Assembly: GCA_963827655.1 (NCBI GenBank)
Contig: CAWHCF010000023.1
Span: 320,001 to 384,000 of the forward strand
Direction: 5' to 3'
From: an uncultured Acidobacteriota bacterium
GTDB lineage: Bacteria; Acidobacteriota; UBA6911
DNA length: 64,000 nucleotides
Position numbers and translations under genes: made by a program. The stretch's first letter is position 1. Each line of letters begins with the position of its first letter. Shown here one piece after another: positions 11,801 through 23,053 of this stretch. The notes beneath the pieces are model-generated. The model worked only from the letters and a program-made list of their open reading frames with translations. It searched no databases and was not told where the DNA came from.

Positions 11801-12357
11801 CGTGGAATCCGCTTACATCATTGAAATTCGTCTCAAAATCACTTCGCGTGGTGCTGGTTACGCCGGGCACGGTATTCATCAAGGCCACCCAGTTGCGGCC
11901 ATTCAAGGGCAGTTCCCGTATCTGGGTGGACTCCACCAGGTAGGCCTTCTCCATCGTGTTGGTCTGAACCAATACTGGGATGTCAGTAACCTGGACCGTT
12001 TCTGTGACTTCGCCCAGCGTGAGTTTCAATTCTCCGACATCCAGTCTGGTATTAACCTCGAGATTGACGTTGGAGCGGGTCAATTTCTTGAATCCAGGAG
12101 CCTCGACCGTAAGCGAGTAGGAACCGGGTTGAATGTTGAGAGCTTGAAAGCGTCCGTTCTCATCGGTAATGACTTCCCGAACCAGGGCGGCTTTGGTTTC
12201 ATCTATGACCTTGACGCTGGCGCCCGGGATCATTCCTCCAGACTGGTCGACTACGGTGCCGCTGATGAGCTGCGACTGAGCATGCGCGTTTGAACTCATC
12301 AGCAGTCCTGCAACTATCGATGCACCTATCAAGAAATCGTCTTCCCTGTATCAACAC
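8864..12357 (-). pseudogene. TonB-dependent receptor (Oar-like, carboxypeptidase-regulatory N-domain) broken by about 8 frameshifts
   Basis: AAGGAGGT RBS then GTG at 12357. Motifs ISGTVVDQSGG..PGA, ELPLNGRN, AEYGRNSG and YAQDSWK. C-terminus PRILQFGFKLEF. Pieces occur in consecutive minus-strand ORFs. Confidence 0.9.
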
Positions 12358-12729
12358 GAGACCTCCTTTTGCGGCTGAGCTTTAAGGCAGAAAAAGCGTA
12401 GACGTTCCTGCTGCCTCGGAGTACGCCTTCAAGCTGGCCGACAAATTTGATTAAGGCAGAACCAACGTAACCCTAATTGTCGAATCCTTTGCGGCTACCG
12501 GTCCATTCTGACGCAGGTCAACTCACGCATCACGCAGGGGAGTGAATGTCCTATCTTTGATCCTGTGGGATTGCTTTGTCACTAACAAAAGATAGGTTTG
12601 CCACGCTTTTGAAGACAAACCCAGGGCTGACGCTGTCGCTGCGTGACAGATCCGCGGGTTAACCAGTCAGTCTGCCTTATAGCGATGAGCGCATCAAAAC
12701 AACCAGCGGGGTGTAAGATTCTAGAGGGT

Positions 12730-13695
12730 ATGCGAACGAAACTCATTCTGTGCTTGATCCTGGCCGCAGGCACGCTGGTTACGCTGAGCCGGACGCAGCC
12801 GGCGCAAAAGCCTAGGACCGAGACGAAGATCATGGTTGCACCTTGGCCGTCACCGAACGAGCGCCAGCCGGGGGACAACTTTCTCATCGATGTGACGAAT
12901 GGCGACATCGTTATGGCATCGCGGAAACCGGATGGGACGATTCGGAACCTGATCGTCCCACTGTCCACAAAGGTAAAACCGGACGTAACAGCATCAGTCG
13001 AATCCGTTGGGCCATATAGCGTGCGCTACCGCTATACCCTTCAGAACGGCCCGGGCGCGAAGCAACCCATCGAGCTGTTCGCCGTGGGGATGCCAAACCC
13101 GAGTCAGATCACGAATGTGCAAGCCGCTCCCGGCTGGCGGGTTGGCGGTATCTCGCCCGGCCCGGGCGCACCTCCCCCACCGCCGGGACGGAGACCAAAT
13201 CCACCCCGTCAGAATTGGTGGCCCCTCGGTTCTTCAGGGTTGGCACCGGGCGAAGGCGTTACAGGGTTCTCATTCGACGCCCCAGCCCTTCCGGGGTTGA
13301 CGCAGACCTACATCCAGGGCACGTACAAGGGGACGGTTCGTGAAGCCTACGAGCTTTCGGAGTGGGTACGGGAGCAGTACTACAAGGCGGTGGAGATCCA
13401 GAACAACAGCGTAAAGCCCCTTACGACCGGGCCGACGATCCCGCTTGGCCCGCAAGTGAGCGCTCAGGATATCATTCGTGGCATCCAGCGGGAGCTGGCC
13501 AACGCGCTTAACGTTCCCGAGATTGCTCACAACAACCCCGCCATCGCGAACGTCGCGAAGGCGTTCGAGACGGCCGACAAGGCTGCCGCACTCTCATACC
13601 GGCCCATGTTCGCAGGGATGGGCTCGACTCCGCTGGAGAGGGCGTTCTACTCGGCGATTGCGTTCAATCTCGAGTATCTGGAGCGAACGCGCTGA
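12730..13695 (+). CDS. Hypothetical secreted protein
   Basis: Signal peptide MRTKLILCLILAAGTLVTLS, a beta-rich region (YRYTLQN...FSFDAP) and a Pro-rich insert. Confidence 0.7.
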   Translation: MRTKLILCLILAAGTLVTLSRTQPAQKPRTETKIMVAPWPSPNERQPGDNFLIDVTNGDIVMASRKPDGTIRNLIVPLSTKVKPDVTASVESVGPYSVRYRYTLQNGPGAKQPIELFAVGMPNPSQITNVQAAPGWRVGGISPGPGAPPPPPGRRPNPPRQNWWPLGSSGLAPGEGVTGFSFDAPALPGLTQTYIQGTYKGTVREAYELSEWVREQYYKAVEIQNNSVKPLTTGPTIPLGPQVSAQDIIRGIQRELANALNVPEIAHNNPAIANVAKAFETADKAAALSYRPMFAGMGSTPLERAFYSAIAFNLEYLERTR

Positions 13696-13733
13696 ACTCT
13701 GGTGCCACTGATCCGCTACCGGCCGTGATTGTT

Positions 13734-15278
13734 CTACGCCGCTTCGGCTTCCACCACCGTGGACGGCTGCGGCGGGAATAATTTCATCAATACGAGGTGG
13801 AGGGCCGCTGACGCGCCGAAGCCCACAAACCAGGCGTAATCATAGAGCGGCTTCAGGACCGGCACCACCAATCCAATCCACGCCAGAGTGCAACCGATAA
13901 TCGTTGCTGAGACCGCCCGCCAGTTCCAGCCGCCCGCATAGGCGTAGATACCCCGCGTGCGATAAAGGTCACCCAGCACCAGCTTCTTTTTTCTCACCAG
14001 CCAGTAGTCCGCGATCATCACTCCGGCAATGGATCCCAGCCCGCCCGAATAACCGACCAGCCATTTGAAGATGTAGCCGGCAGGGTCGGCCAGCAATTTC
14101 CACGGCTGCATCAACAAACCCATGATCCCGGTGATAAGTCCGCCGGTCCGGAACGAAATCCATCGGGGAAAAGCATTGGCAAAATCATTCGCCGGCGAGA
14201 CCACATTGGCCGCGATATTGACTGCCAGCGTGGCGATGACGGCGGTGAACATCGAGACTGCGATCACCCACAACTGGCTGAACTGGCCCACCAGCTTCAT
14301 CGGGTCCCAGAGATCCTCAACTCTCATGTGCGGGTAGATCACCACTGCGGCTGAAGTAATGATCACGCCCATCGCAGCGAAGACGGTCATGGTCGAGGGG
14401 AGCGCAACCACTTGCCCGACGGCCTGCTCACGCTGGCTGCGCCCGAAGCGCGTAAAGTCCGGCATATTGAGCGAAAGCGTGGCCCAGTAGCCGATCATTC
14501 CCGTGAGCGACGGGACGAAGATCGGCATGAATTCGCTCAGGCTGCCATAGCGCCCGGCATCTTTCATCAAGTATCCCAGCCCCTGCGCGCGCCAGATCGC
14601 CCACACCAGCAGCAGCGCCGTCATCACCAGCACGAAGGGCGCCGCCCAGTTTTCCACCAGGCGCAGCAAATCCATCCCCCGATAGATGATGTAGATGTTG
14701 AGGGCCCAGAACAGCAGGAATGAAATCCACTCGGTCGGGGTATGTCCGCCCACGGCCCCCCCCAGCAACGTGTGCCATCCCGGGATAATGGCGCGCAAGA
14801 AAACATCCAGCGCCTCGCCGCCAATCCAGGCCTGTATGCCGAACCAGCCGCAAGCCACCAGCGCCCGCATCAAGGCCGGCAGATTCGAGCCGATGGTGCC
14901 GTAACTTGCGCGCGCAAAGACCGGAAAGGGAATGCCGTACTTCGTGCCGGGATGCGAATTGAGCAGGATCGGGATGAGCACGATGGTATTGCCGAGCAGG
15001 ATGGTCACCAGCGCCTGCCACCAGTTCATCCCGGCGGCGATCAAACCCGAAGAAAGCATGTAAGTCGGGATGCAGTGAGCCATGCTGATCCAGAGCGCGG
15101 CATAGTTATAGGTCGTCCAGTTGCGCCTGGCCACCGGTACCGGCGCCAGGTCTTCGTTGTAGAGCGGGCTCGAGCGGATCGCCGCCGGATCGCGCAGCTC
15201 AACTCGGCCGTCGGCATGCTGGATGACTTCAGAGTTGCCATTGGGCGCCGCGGAATTTTCGCGCGACGGGGAGGTCAT
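13734..15278 (-). CDS. NCS1 nucleobase:cation symporter-1 family transporter
   Basis: Motifs GTKYGIPFPVFARASYG, WFGIQAWIGG and NMPDFTRF. About 12 TM helices. Confidence 0.95.
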   Translation of the reverse strand: MTSPSRENSAAPNGNSEVIQHADGRVELRDPAAIRSSPLYNEDLAPVPVARRNWTTYNYAALWISMAHCIPTYMLSSGLIAAGMNWWQALVTILLGNTIVLIPILLNSHPGTKYGIPFPVFARASYGTIGSNLPALMRALVACGWFGIQAWIGGEALDVFLRAIIPGWHTLLGGAVGGHTPTEWISFLLFWALNIYIIYRGMDLLRLVENWAAPFVLVMTALLLVWAIWRAQGLGYLMKDAGRYGSLSEFMPIFVPSLTGMIGYWATLSLNMPDFTRFGRSQREQAVGQVVALPSTMTVFAAMGVIITSAAVVIYPHMRVEDLWDPMKLVGQFSQLWVIAVSMFTAVIATLAVNIAANVVSPANDFANAFPRWISFRTGGLITGIMGLLMQPWKLLADPAGYIFKWLVGYSGGLGSIAGVMIADYWLVRKKKLVLGDLYRTRGIYAYAGGWNWRAVSATIIGCTLAWIGLVVPVLKPLYDYAWFVGFGASAALHLVLMKLFPPQPSTVVEAEAA

Positions 15279-15294
15279 GCGAGCGTCACTCCAT

Positions 15295-16299
15295 TCACAA
15301 TTTGATTATGAGCTTGCCCTGATGCGAGCCATCAAAAAGTTTATTGACCGCGCGCGGAGCCTGCTCGATGCCTTCGATCACTTCGACCCGGTACTTGATT
15401 CTGCCTTCCATCAGCCATTTGCCCAGCTCCGTCATGGCCTCCTGCGCGCGATCCAGGTAATCGAGCACGATGAACCCCTCGACCCGAGCCCGCCGGACCA
15501 GGATGTTGGCAAAATTGTACGGGCCGGGCACCGGCCTGTCTGCATTGTATTGCGAGATCAACCCGCACAGCACGATCCGCCCCTTCAGGTTGATCAGGGC
15601 CAGGACGTTATCAAGGATTTCGCCGCCGACATTCTCAAAGTCAATGTCAATGCCATTGGGGCAATGCTTCTTCAAGCTTTCAAGCACCGGCTCCTTCTTG
15701 TAGTTGACGGCGGCATCGAAGCCCAGATCCTGAGTGATCCAGCGGCATTTCTCATCGCTGCCGGCAATCCCGACGACGCGGCATCCCTTGATCTTCCCGA
15801 TCTGCCCGGCGATCGAGCCGACGGCGCCGGCCGCCGCCGAGACTACCAGGGTTTCGCCGGCTTTCGGCCGGCCCACGTCCAGCAAGCCATAATAGGCGGT
15901 CAACCCGATGTGGCCGAAGAGTCCGAAGTAAGCGGTCAGTGGAATGTTCGGGTTCTTGGGTAGAACCGTCAGACCCGTGCCGTCGCTCAGCGCGTATTGC
16001 TGCCACCCGAGCATCCCTTGAACGATGTCGCCCTCTTGAAACTTGGCATGACGCGATTTCTCGACCGCGCCGATGCCGATCCCGCGCATCACATCGCCAA
16101 TCGCCACGGCCGGCAGGTAGGTATCCATGCTTGCCCATCCGCGGTTGGTCGGGTCGAGCGACAGGTAGAGATTGCGCACCAGCACCTTACCTTCGCCCGG
16201 ATCCGGCACGGGCTCTTCGGTCAGCTTGAAGTCCGATTCTTTGAACAAACCCGTGGGGCGAGCGGCGAGCCGCCATTGCCGGTTGGTTTTCGCTGGCAT
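15295..16299 (-). CDS. NADP-dependent oxidoreductase (MDR family, CurA/prostaglandin reductase-like)
   Basis: Motifs LAARPTG, YLSLDP, GLTAYYG, SAAAGAVGS, ENVGG and CGLISQYN. GAGGA RBS before ATG 16299. Confidence 0.93.
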   Translation of the reverse strand: MPAKTNRQWRLAARPTGLFKESDFKLTEEPVPDPGEGKVLVRNLYLSLDPTNRGWASMDTYLPAVAIGDVMRGIGIGAVEKSRHAKFQEGDIVQGMLGWQQYALSDGTGLTVLPKNPNIPLTAYFGLFGHIGLTAYYGLLDVGRPKAGETLVVSAAAGAVGSIAGQIGKIKGCRVVGIAGSDEKCRWITQDLGFDAAVNYKKEPVLESLKKHCPNGIDIDFENVGGEILDNVLALINLKGRIVLCGLISQYNADRPVPGPYNFANILVRRARVEGFIVLDYLDRAQEAMTELGKWLMEGRIKYRVEVIEGIEQAPRAVNKLFDGSHQGKLIIKL

Positions 16300-16459
16300 T
16301 GTTTCTTCCTCCTTGATGAATTGCGCGGTCCTAGTGGGTTTGCTTTGCGGCTCTAACCACGAAGACACAAAGACACAAAGAAACACTAAGAGCACTTCGT
16401 TTGCGGCCGACGGCTGCGTCACGTCTTCGCGTCTTAGCGGTATTTGTGCCACAATGAAA

Positions 16460-18127
16460 CTACTGAGCCTGCACTTCACCTGGTGGCGGCGGCTGCACTT
16501 CGACCTCGGTCTTCACCTCTCCGCCGGAAGGTGCTTCCGTGCCTGGTTTCGGGCCTTTAAGCTTGGGGCGCCCCCTCGCGGCTCTGATGGCGTGGAGCTG
16601 TTGTATGGCAATGCGCATGGTTGCCTCGACCATACTGGAGAATTTATGGACTTCCTCGGAAGGCAACGGTTTGTCCTCAAGCAGACGTCGCGTATAGGCC
16701 TGGTCGGCTTGATGCAGCTGGCGAAGGTATGAAAGGAATATCACCTTGAGGTACATCAGGTGATCGACAGCTTCGAGGATTTGATGACGGGGCCGGGCGA
16801 TCAGAATCCCATAAAGGACTCCGAAGACACCGATCCCGCTCGTCAACCCCACCCCGACCCAACTATCCAGGGTGCCGCCCCTCGACAATACAAGCCCGGC
16901 ACTAACACCGAGGAGGCCGAGGCCGAGAAAGAACACTATCATGTCCATCAGAGCGGATATCTTGAAGCCGGTGCGCGCTTCCTTGATGGAAGCTTCGAAC
17001 AGATTACGGATCTTCTCCTCCGCCTTCTCCATCTCGGAAGTGTACTGGGCTATAGCGGTAGTGCGCGCCCGTAACTTCTGAAAGGCCACCGCGCCCCCGA
17101 CCTCGCTGATAAGCAGTCGAGCGACGTCCTGGTGCTCTGGTGATCCCGAGATCATGACCGATTCAAGCTCTTCTACCGCGGACGCGCGATCCATCCAGCG
17201 CAAAGCTCTGGCAAACCCCTCGATACGGTCAGGACCGGCTTTGCCCGCCGCTTCTACAACACGGGCGGCCGCAGTTCGTATCCCTACCGTCTCTTTCAAT
17301 GCCACCGCCGCCTCACGGGCGACAGCCGGATTATCATCGGTGAGTTCCTCGACCAGCAAAGGCGCTACACTTTCGACTCTCAGACTACCGAGCGCTCGGA
17401 GGGCTACGGTTCGCATGCCGTCCCGCAGCGGCGACCTGCGGAATTGAGCAATGAAGTTCCCCAATGATCTTGCCGCACGTTCGGCATGCGCTGAAGAACG
17501 GGGCGCTTTGCTCAAGGCGATGATCGCGTCATAGGTGGCATCGGAGTACTCGCCGGTGTCGACAATGTTATTGATCTTGTGAAACATGGCCGGGATGGGC
17601 ACGATGCGGAGCGCGCGCAACGTTGCCCATTGCAGCTTGGGATCCATCAAGCCGTCTTCGATCTTTTTCCATGCCGCCGCGTCACCCTTTGAAGCCAGGA
17701 TCGCCTCGCCCAGTTTGCCAACCAGAGGCTCCTCTTCTTGCGCGGCAACTTTTTCGGCCAGCTCTTTAAGGTCCGGCGCTCCGGCTGCAACCAGACTATC
17801 GAGAATCCAGTAGCGGACCCAATAGGCGGGTTCATACTGGGGATCGAGGTGACTCCGGACGACGCGTGCGGCTTCGGCGTCGCTGTCGCAAATCCTTCCC
17901 AGGGTGTTGAGCAGCCAGGACCGGGTCCAGACTAATGACTCGTCCTGTTCCAGCTTTTCCCTTCCGGGATAAAACTCTCTTTTGAGCGCATCCAGAATCA
18001 AGAGTCTAAGACGGCTGTGATCGACCGGATTCGCCTGATCATTCAGCGCGGCTATGGCTGCATTTCTGTCTGCTTCCTTGCCGTAGACAATTGACCTGAA
18101 GATATTCGATGCGGCGTCAGAGTCCAT
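16460..18127 (-). CDS. HEAT-repeat protein with C-terminal coiled coil and two TM helices
   Basis: HEAT-like repeats (ALRALGSL, LTDDNPAVAREAAVAL), then two hydrophobic segments. GGAGG RBS. Confidence 0.75.
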   Translation of the reverse strand: MDSDAASNIFRSIVYGKEADRNAAIAALNDQANPVDHSRLRLLILDALKREFYPGREKLEQDESLVWTRSWLLNTLGRICDSDAEAARVVRSHLDPQYEPAYWVRYWILDSLVAAGAPDLKELAEKVAAQEEEPLVGKLGEAILASKGDAAAWKKIEDGLMDPKLQWATLRALRIVPIPAMFHKINNIVDTGEYSDATYDAIIALSKAPRSSAHAERAARSLGNFIAQFRRSPLRDGMRTVALRALGSLRVESVAPLLVEELTDDNPAVAREAAVALKETVGIRTAAARVVEAAGKAGPDRIEGFARALRWMDRASAVEELESVMISGSPEHQDVARLLISEVGGAVAFQKLRARTTAIAQYTSEMEKAEEKIRNLFEASIKEARTGFKISALMDMIVFFLGLGLLGVSAGLVLSRGGTLDSWVGVGLTSGIGVFGVLYGILIARPRHQILEAVDHLMYLKVIFLSYLRQLHQADQAYTRRLLEDKPLPSEEVHKFSSMVEATMRIAIQQLHAIRAARGRPKLKGPKPGTEAPSGGEVKTEVEVQPPPPGEVQAQ

Positions 18128-18233
18128 GACTCACCTCCGAAGAAAGCGAAACTAGAGTCTTCAGTCGTGCCGGCAGGGCGCAACAAATACCACGAGGACG
18201 CAAAGACACGAAGAAACACCAAGCCTTTTGGAA

Positions 18234-18910
18234 TCACGCCAGGCGGAACTTCTGCACGGCCTCCTCGTTGATATCCAGCCCGAGGCCCGGCAAGTCAGGC
18301 ACCTGGATCTCGCCGTCGTGGAAGGCATACATCGTCCGGGTGTTCAGCACCTGCAATCCCGGGCTCCACACCTCTTCCGGCAGGAGAGGCGGTCGAATGA
18401 ATACCAGTTCCTGCCACTCCGCCCCGATGGCGGCGGACGCCTGCAGCCAGCCGGCCAGCCGCAGCCCCATGGTTCCGTGAAGGACGCAGGGGACGTGGTA
18501 GGCTTCGGCGAGCGCGGCGACCTTGCGGCAAAGAAAGATTCCTCCGGCGCCGGCGCCGTCCGGCTGGACCATGTCGTAGGCACGGGCCAGCAGCGCCTTT
18601 TGATAGGGCTCCATCCCCCGGTACCCTTCTCCGCCCGTGATGAGGATGTCCACCTGGCGGCTGAGGCGCGCGTGCGACTCGTAATCATCCCGCGCGTACG
18701 GGCTCCTCGAGCCAATAAGCGCCGTGCTTTTCGAGTGCGCGAGCCACTTTCAGCCCGGTCTCGAAATCCCATACTTTCTGCCCCACGCTCTGCGGCGCAT
18801 GGGCCGTGCGATCGAACATGATGGCGAAGTCGGGACCGACGGCGGAGCGGATCACGCGGCACGCCTCCGCATCATCGAGCGGATTGGGCCTGCCAAATAC
18901 CTTGACGCTG
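18234..18910 (-). pseudogene. C-terminal barrel of a mandelate racemase/enolase-superfamily enzyme; 5'-truncated and frameshifted near 18690
   Basis: RSAVGPDFAIMFD, YWLEEP, ITGGE, DMVQPD and PGLGLDINEE. No N-terminal capping domain. Confidence 0.8.
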
Positions 18911-19112
18911 TTTGCCCTACTGGCGCCGTCGGTTTTTCATACTTCACTACCGTATGGCGCAACTCGCAAACCAGGGCGAGGGGATCCCCGGTATAGGGGA
19001 CGAGCTTGAGGACCGGTTTTCCCCGGTCGCTGATGATCAGCGGGCGACCGGTTTTTTCAACCTCTCGGAAGTAGTGCAAGGCTTTTGCCTTGAACTTAGA
19101 CTTGGAGACCAT
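18852..19112 (-). CDS. Phd/YefM-family antitoxin; C-terminus runs into the enolase fragment and no toxin partner follows
   Basis: MVSKSKFKAKALHYFREVEKTGRPLIISDRGKPVLKLVP matches the Phd/YefM pattern. Confidence 0.8.
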   Translation of the reverse strand: MVSKSKFKAKALHYFREVEKTGRPLIISDRGKPVLKLVPYTGDPLALVCELRHTVVKYEKPTAPVGQTASRYLAGPIRSMMRRRAA

Positions 19113-19411
19113 GATAAATGACCAGGTCCACCTTACTATGGTCGCATGACTCCATCAAGTCCCCTGCTACCTGCCTGGATTTGAGGATGAAATGAGCGCC
19201 CACCAGAAAACTCGATCGGAAGAAAGGACGCCGTCTCCCCCGGAGAATTACCGAGCTACACCGGCAGCATTGTCGCGGCTTTCTTTACCAGATGTCACAA
19301 ATTCTGGCGCCAGGCGCGCTAATTCTCGAACTGTGATCAGATGTTTACACAGAAAAGGAGTGGCATGATACTTGCGGCTACCCTGCCCAACCAAAGGAAG
19401 GGAGGCTCACC

Positions 19412-22400
19412 ATGCAACGATGGGGAAACCCTGCCACCTGCGCTTTCGCGGTCTTCTGCACGCTCATCTGGGCATCGCCCGCTCTTCGACAACACACCTT
19501 TCGCGATGCGACCGGGTGGGAACAAGATAGTTCCTCCGAGGAAGCAGCCCTTGCGGCATTCAAACGACTCGGCTCGATGCCGATGAGTTTCGAGGCGAAC
19601 ATCGGCCAGACTGATCCGCGCGTCGGGTTCGTATCCCGCGGGCCTGGTTACACGCTCTATTTGACTCCTGCCGAGAGTGTGCTTTCCCTGCGCCGCCCGG
19701 TTTCGCCCCCGCCCGGCGCCGCGCGGCCGGCTCTGCTGTCAGCAAAAACCGAGAAGGGAGCGAAGGACGAAGCGGTGGTTCGAATGCGCCTGGTAGGAAG
19801 CAGCCCAGGGACCGTGGTGCGCGGTTGTGAGGCCCTGAATGTAAGGACCAACTATTTGCTCGGCGCCGACCCTGCCGGGTGGCGGACCAACGTCCCAACC
19901 TACGGCCGAGTCAAATACGAAAACGCCTACCCCGGGATTGACCTTGTTTTTTACGGCAATCAGCGGCAGTTGGAATATGACCTGATCGTAGCTCCCGGCG
20001 CGGATCCGAGTCCAATCCTGCTGGAATTTGACGGCGCCAGGCAACTGGAGCTGGATGCGGAGGGAGACCTGGTCCTGCACACGAATGCCGGTCCATTGAA
20101 GCAGCGGAGGCCCTTCGTCTACCAGGAAGTCGCGCAAACCAAACGTGTGATCCCTTCCGGCTATGTCCTGCACGGCCAGAATCGGGTCTCCTTTCAAGTA
20201 GATTCCTACGATTCCGGCAAACCATTGATCATCGACCCGGTCCTGGTCTATTCGAGTTTCCTGGGCGGCAGCAGCACCGAGAACGGTCGATTCCTGGCCG
20301 CAATCGCGGTGGATTCCAGCGGCGACGCGTATGTAACAGGATCGACCGACTCCTTGAACTTTCCCAGTGTTAATGCCCTGCAACCGGCCGCCGGGGGATC
20401 CTCCGATGCGTATGTGGCCAGGATTGGCGCCACAGGATCGAGTCTCGTGTACTGCACTTACCTTGGTGGCAATAGCCTGGATCGGGGTATGGACATCGCG
20501 GTTGACCAGTCCGGGAATGCTTATCTGACAGGTCGGACACAGTCGACGAACTTCCCGACGGTGAGCCCTTTTCAGGGAGCCATTGCCGGCATGGAAGACG
20601 CATTCATGGTCAAGCTCGCATCCGATGGCTCGAGGCTCCTTTATTCTACCTACCTTGGTGGTTCAGGAGTCGATTACGGAATGGGTCTCGCTGTGGATCT
20701 CGCGGGAAGCGCCTACGTATTCGGTTCCACGGCTTCGAGCAACTTGCCCACATCCAATGCGTTCCAGAGCAGGCCCGGTGGGGCGATTGACGCATTCGTG
20801 GCGAAACTCAACCCGGCCGGGAGTTCGCTCGCCTATCTGACCTACCTGGGAGGGAGCGGTCCCGAAGTCCCCGGTGACACCGGCGGGAAGATTGCCGTGG
20901 ATCTTGACGGCAACGCCTGTGTCGCGGGAATCACGGGCTCGCGGGACTTTCCCACGCGAAACGCGCTGCAGCCGGTCATGGCCGGGCAGGCCGATGCTTT
21001 TGTCGCCAAACTGAATGAGTCGGGCACCGACCTGATCTACTCGACCTATCTGGGCGGCAGCGGCGTTGACGGCGCCCTCGGCATCGCCGTGGATCGCGAC
21101 GGTCGAGTCTATGTTTCGGGAGTTACAGAATCGACCGATTTCCCGCTGTCGAATCCCATCCAGTCCAAGAATGGAGGGGAGCTTGATGCTTTTGTCACCA
21201 AGATAAGCACAGCCGGCTCTTCACTCGTTTTCTCTTCCTACATTGGAGGCGAAGCCGAGGACATCGGATATGACATTGCCGTCGATTCGTCGGGCTCGGC
21301 CCATATCACCGGCACCACCACCTCGCTCGATTTTCCTGTTGCGGACCCTCTGCAGGGAGAATTGAGGGGCAACAGAGATGCCTTCGTCGTGAAATTGACT
21401 CCGCCGGGTACTGGTTACATGCATGCGTCGTATCTCGGCGGATACGAAATCGATTACGGTCTGAGCCTGGCAGTCGACAGCAGCGGAGATGTCGTCGTCG
21501 CGGGGCAAACGGGCTCGACTGACTTCCCGGTGGTCAACGGCTTTCAGACAACCCTGGGGGGAGGAAGCGACGCCTTCGTTGCCAGAGTAAGAGACGAACC
21601 CTCGGTGAGAGAATTCCTCTACTATCTGCCACAGGTTGCAAACGGAAGCTATGCAGGAGGCCGCTTTCGCACCACGTTCGTGGTCTTCAATCCGAATGAT
21701 GCCGCGGCCAAGGCATCGATTCGGCTCACAGACGACAACGGCGGTCCCATGGCTGTCCGTGTTCCCGAGTTTGGAACAGGCGACCATTTTAATCTCGTGC
21801 TCGAATCGGGCGCCTCCATAGTCGTTCAGACCGATGGATCCGGCGAGCTGCGAGCCGGCGCTGCCGCCGTGAAATCCGATCAGAGTCTCGGGGTCTCGGC
21901 AATTTTCTCTCTCTTCGACGCGGCGGGTAATTTAATGACCGAGGCCGGAGTCGGCAGCTCTCCGCGGGTGCCAGGGATTAAAAATTCCGGTCGAAGTCAG
22001 CGCGTCTTTTAACACGGGAGTAGCGCTCGTTAACACGGAACGCGCCCCAGCGGCAGTCTTTCTGACGTTATTCGACGAAGGCGGGCACGAGGCGGGCACA
22101 CTTCAATTCAGCCTGGCCCCTGGCCAGCACTGGGCTCGATTTATCGGCGAAGGGCAGCTATTCCCGGCCATCAGGGATTTCAAAGGGACGCTGGCACTCT
22201 TCGCCACCCCGGCCGTCGCCGCCCTCGCTCTCAGGCAGACACTGGCTCCGATCGGCTATACTTCGTTGCAACCACTGGACCAACGTAGCAGGAGCAGAGT
22301 GGCCAATCTGGCTCAGGTCGCCAACGGTTCTTTTGGGCCGGGCTATTTTCGGACCTCCTTCCTTCTTTTCAACAACTGGGTGACGCCTGCCGCGGCGGCG

Positions 22401-22982
22401 CTCTCCCTCTGGAAGAACTCCGGTTCGGAATTGTTCCTTACCTTGACCGACGGCCAGTCCGGTGGAAGGTTCGAGGTTCAGATACCCAGAAATGGGTCGC
22501 GTTTCATCGGCAGTGACGGTTCTGGACCTCTGGCAGCCGGTTCGGCATCCATTGCTTCTGACGTCCCGCTCGGAGCCGCCGCGATACTCTCTGTCTTCGA
22601 TACCCAGGGTCGGTTCCAGACTGAAGCGGGTATCGGTAGTTCGCCGCTGCTGACGGCTTTTACCTTGCCGGTCGAGGTCAACGGGAATCTCGACACGGGT
22701 GTGGCGCTTTTCAATCCCGGTTCAACGCCGGCTTCAATCGGTGTCCGTCTCCTGGATGCCGGCGGAAACGTCGTTAATACAACGTCTCTGTTGCTGGCGG
22801 CCAGAAGCCACATCGCCCCGTTTGTTACCCAGTTGTTCCCGGGCACCCCCAACCTTCGAGGTACCCTCGCGGTGAACGCCTCCGCCGCTGTCACGGCCCT
22901 GGCACTGCGCCAGAACGCGAATCCGCTGATCTATACAACTCTCCCGGTTACCGCGGGCAGTGCCAGAGGAAAGGCGCCGTAG
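19412..22982 (+). CDS. Large secreted SBBP (beta-propeller) repeat protein with two C-terminal repeat modules; one frameshift near 21970
   Basis: FEANIGQ and EYDLIVAPGADP N-domain, repeated IAVD-SG-AYVTG-T-S-DFP units. The frame continues as PVEVSASFNTGVALVN into ORF 22266..22982. Confidence 0.88.
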
Positions 22983-23053
22983 CGGCAACTAAGTTCCCGG
23001 ATCTTCGATTATTTCTTGGCGTCTCTTCGTGTCTTCGTGGTTCCCTTGGCGTA

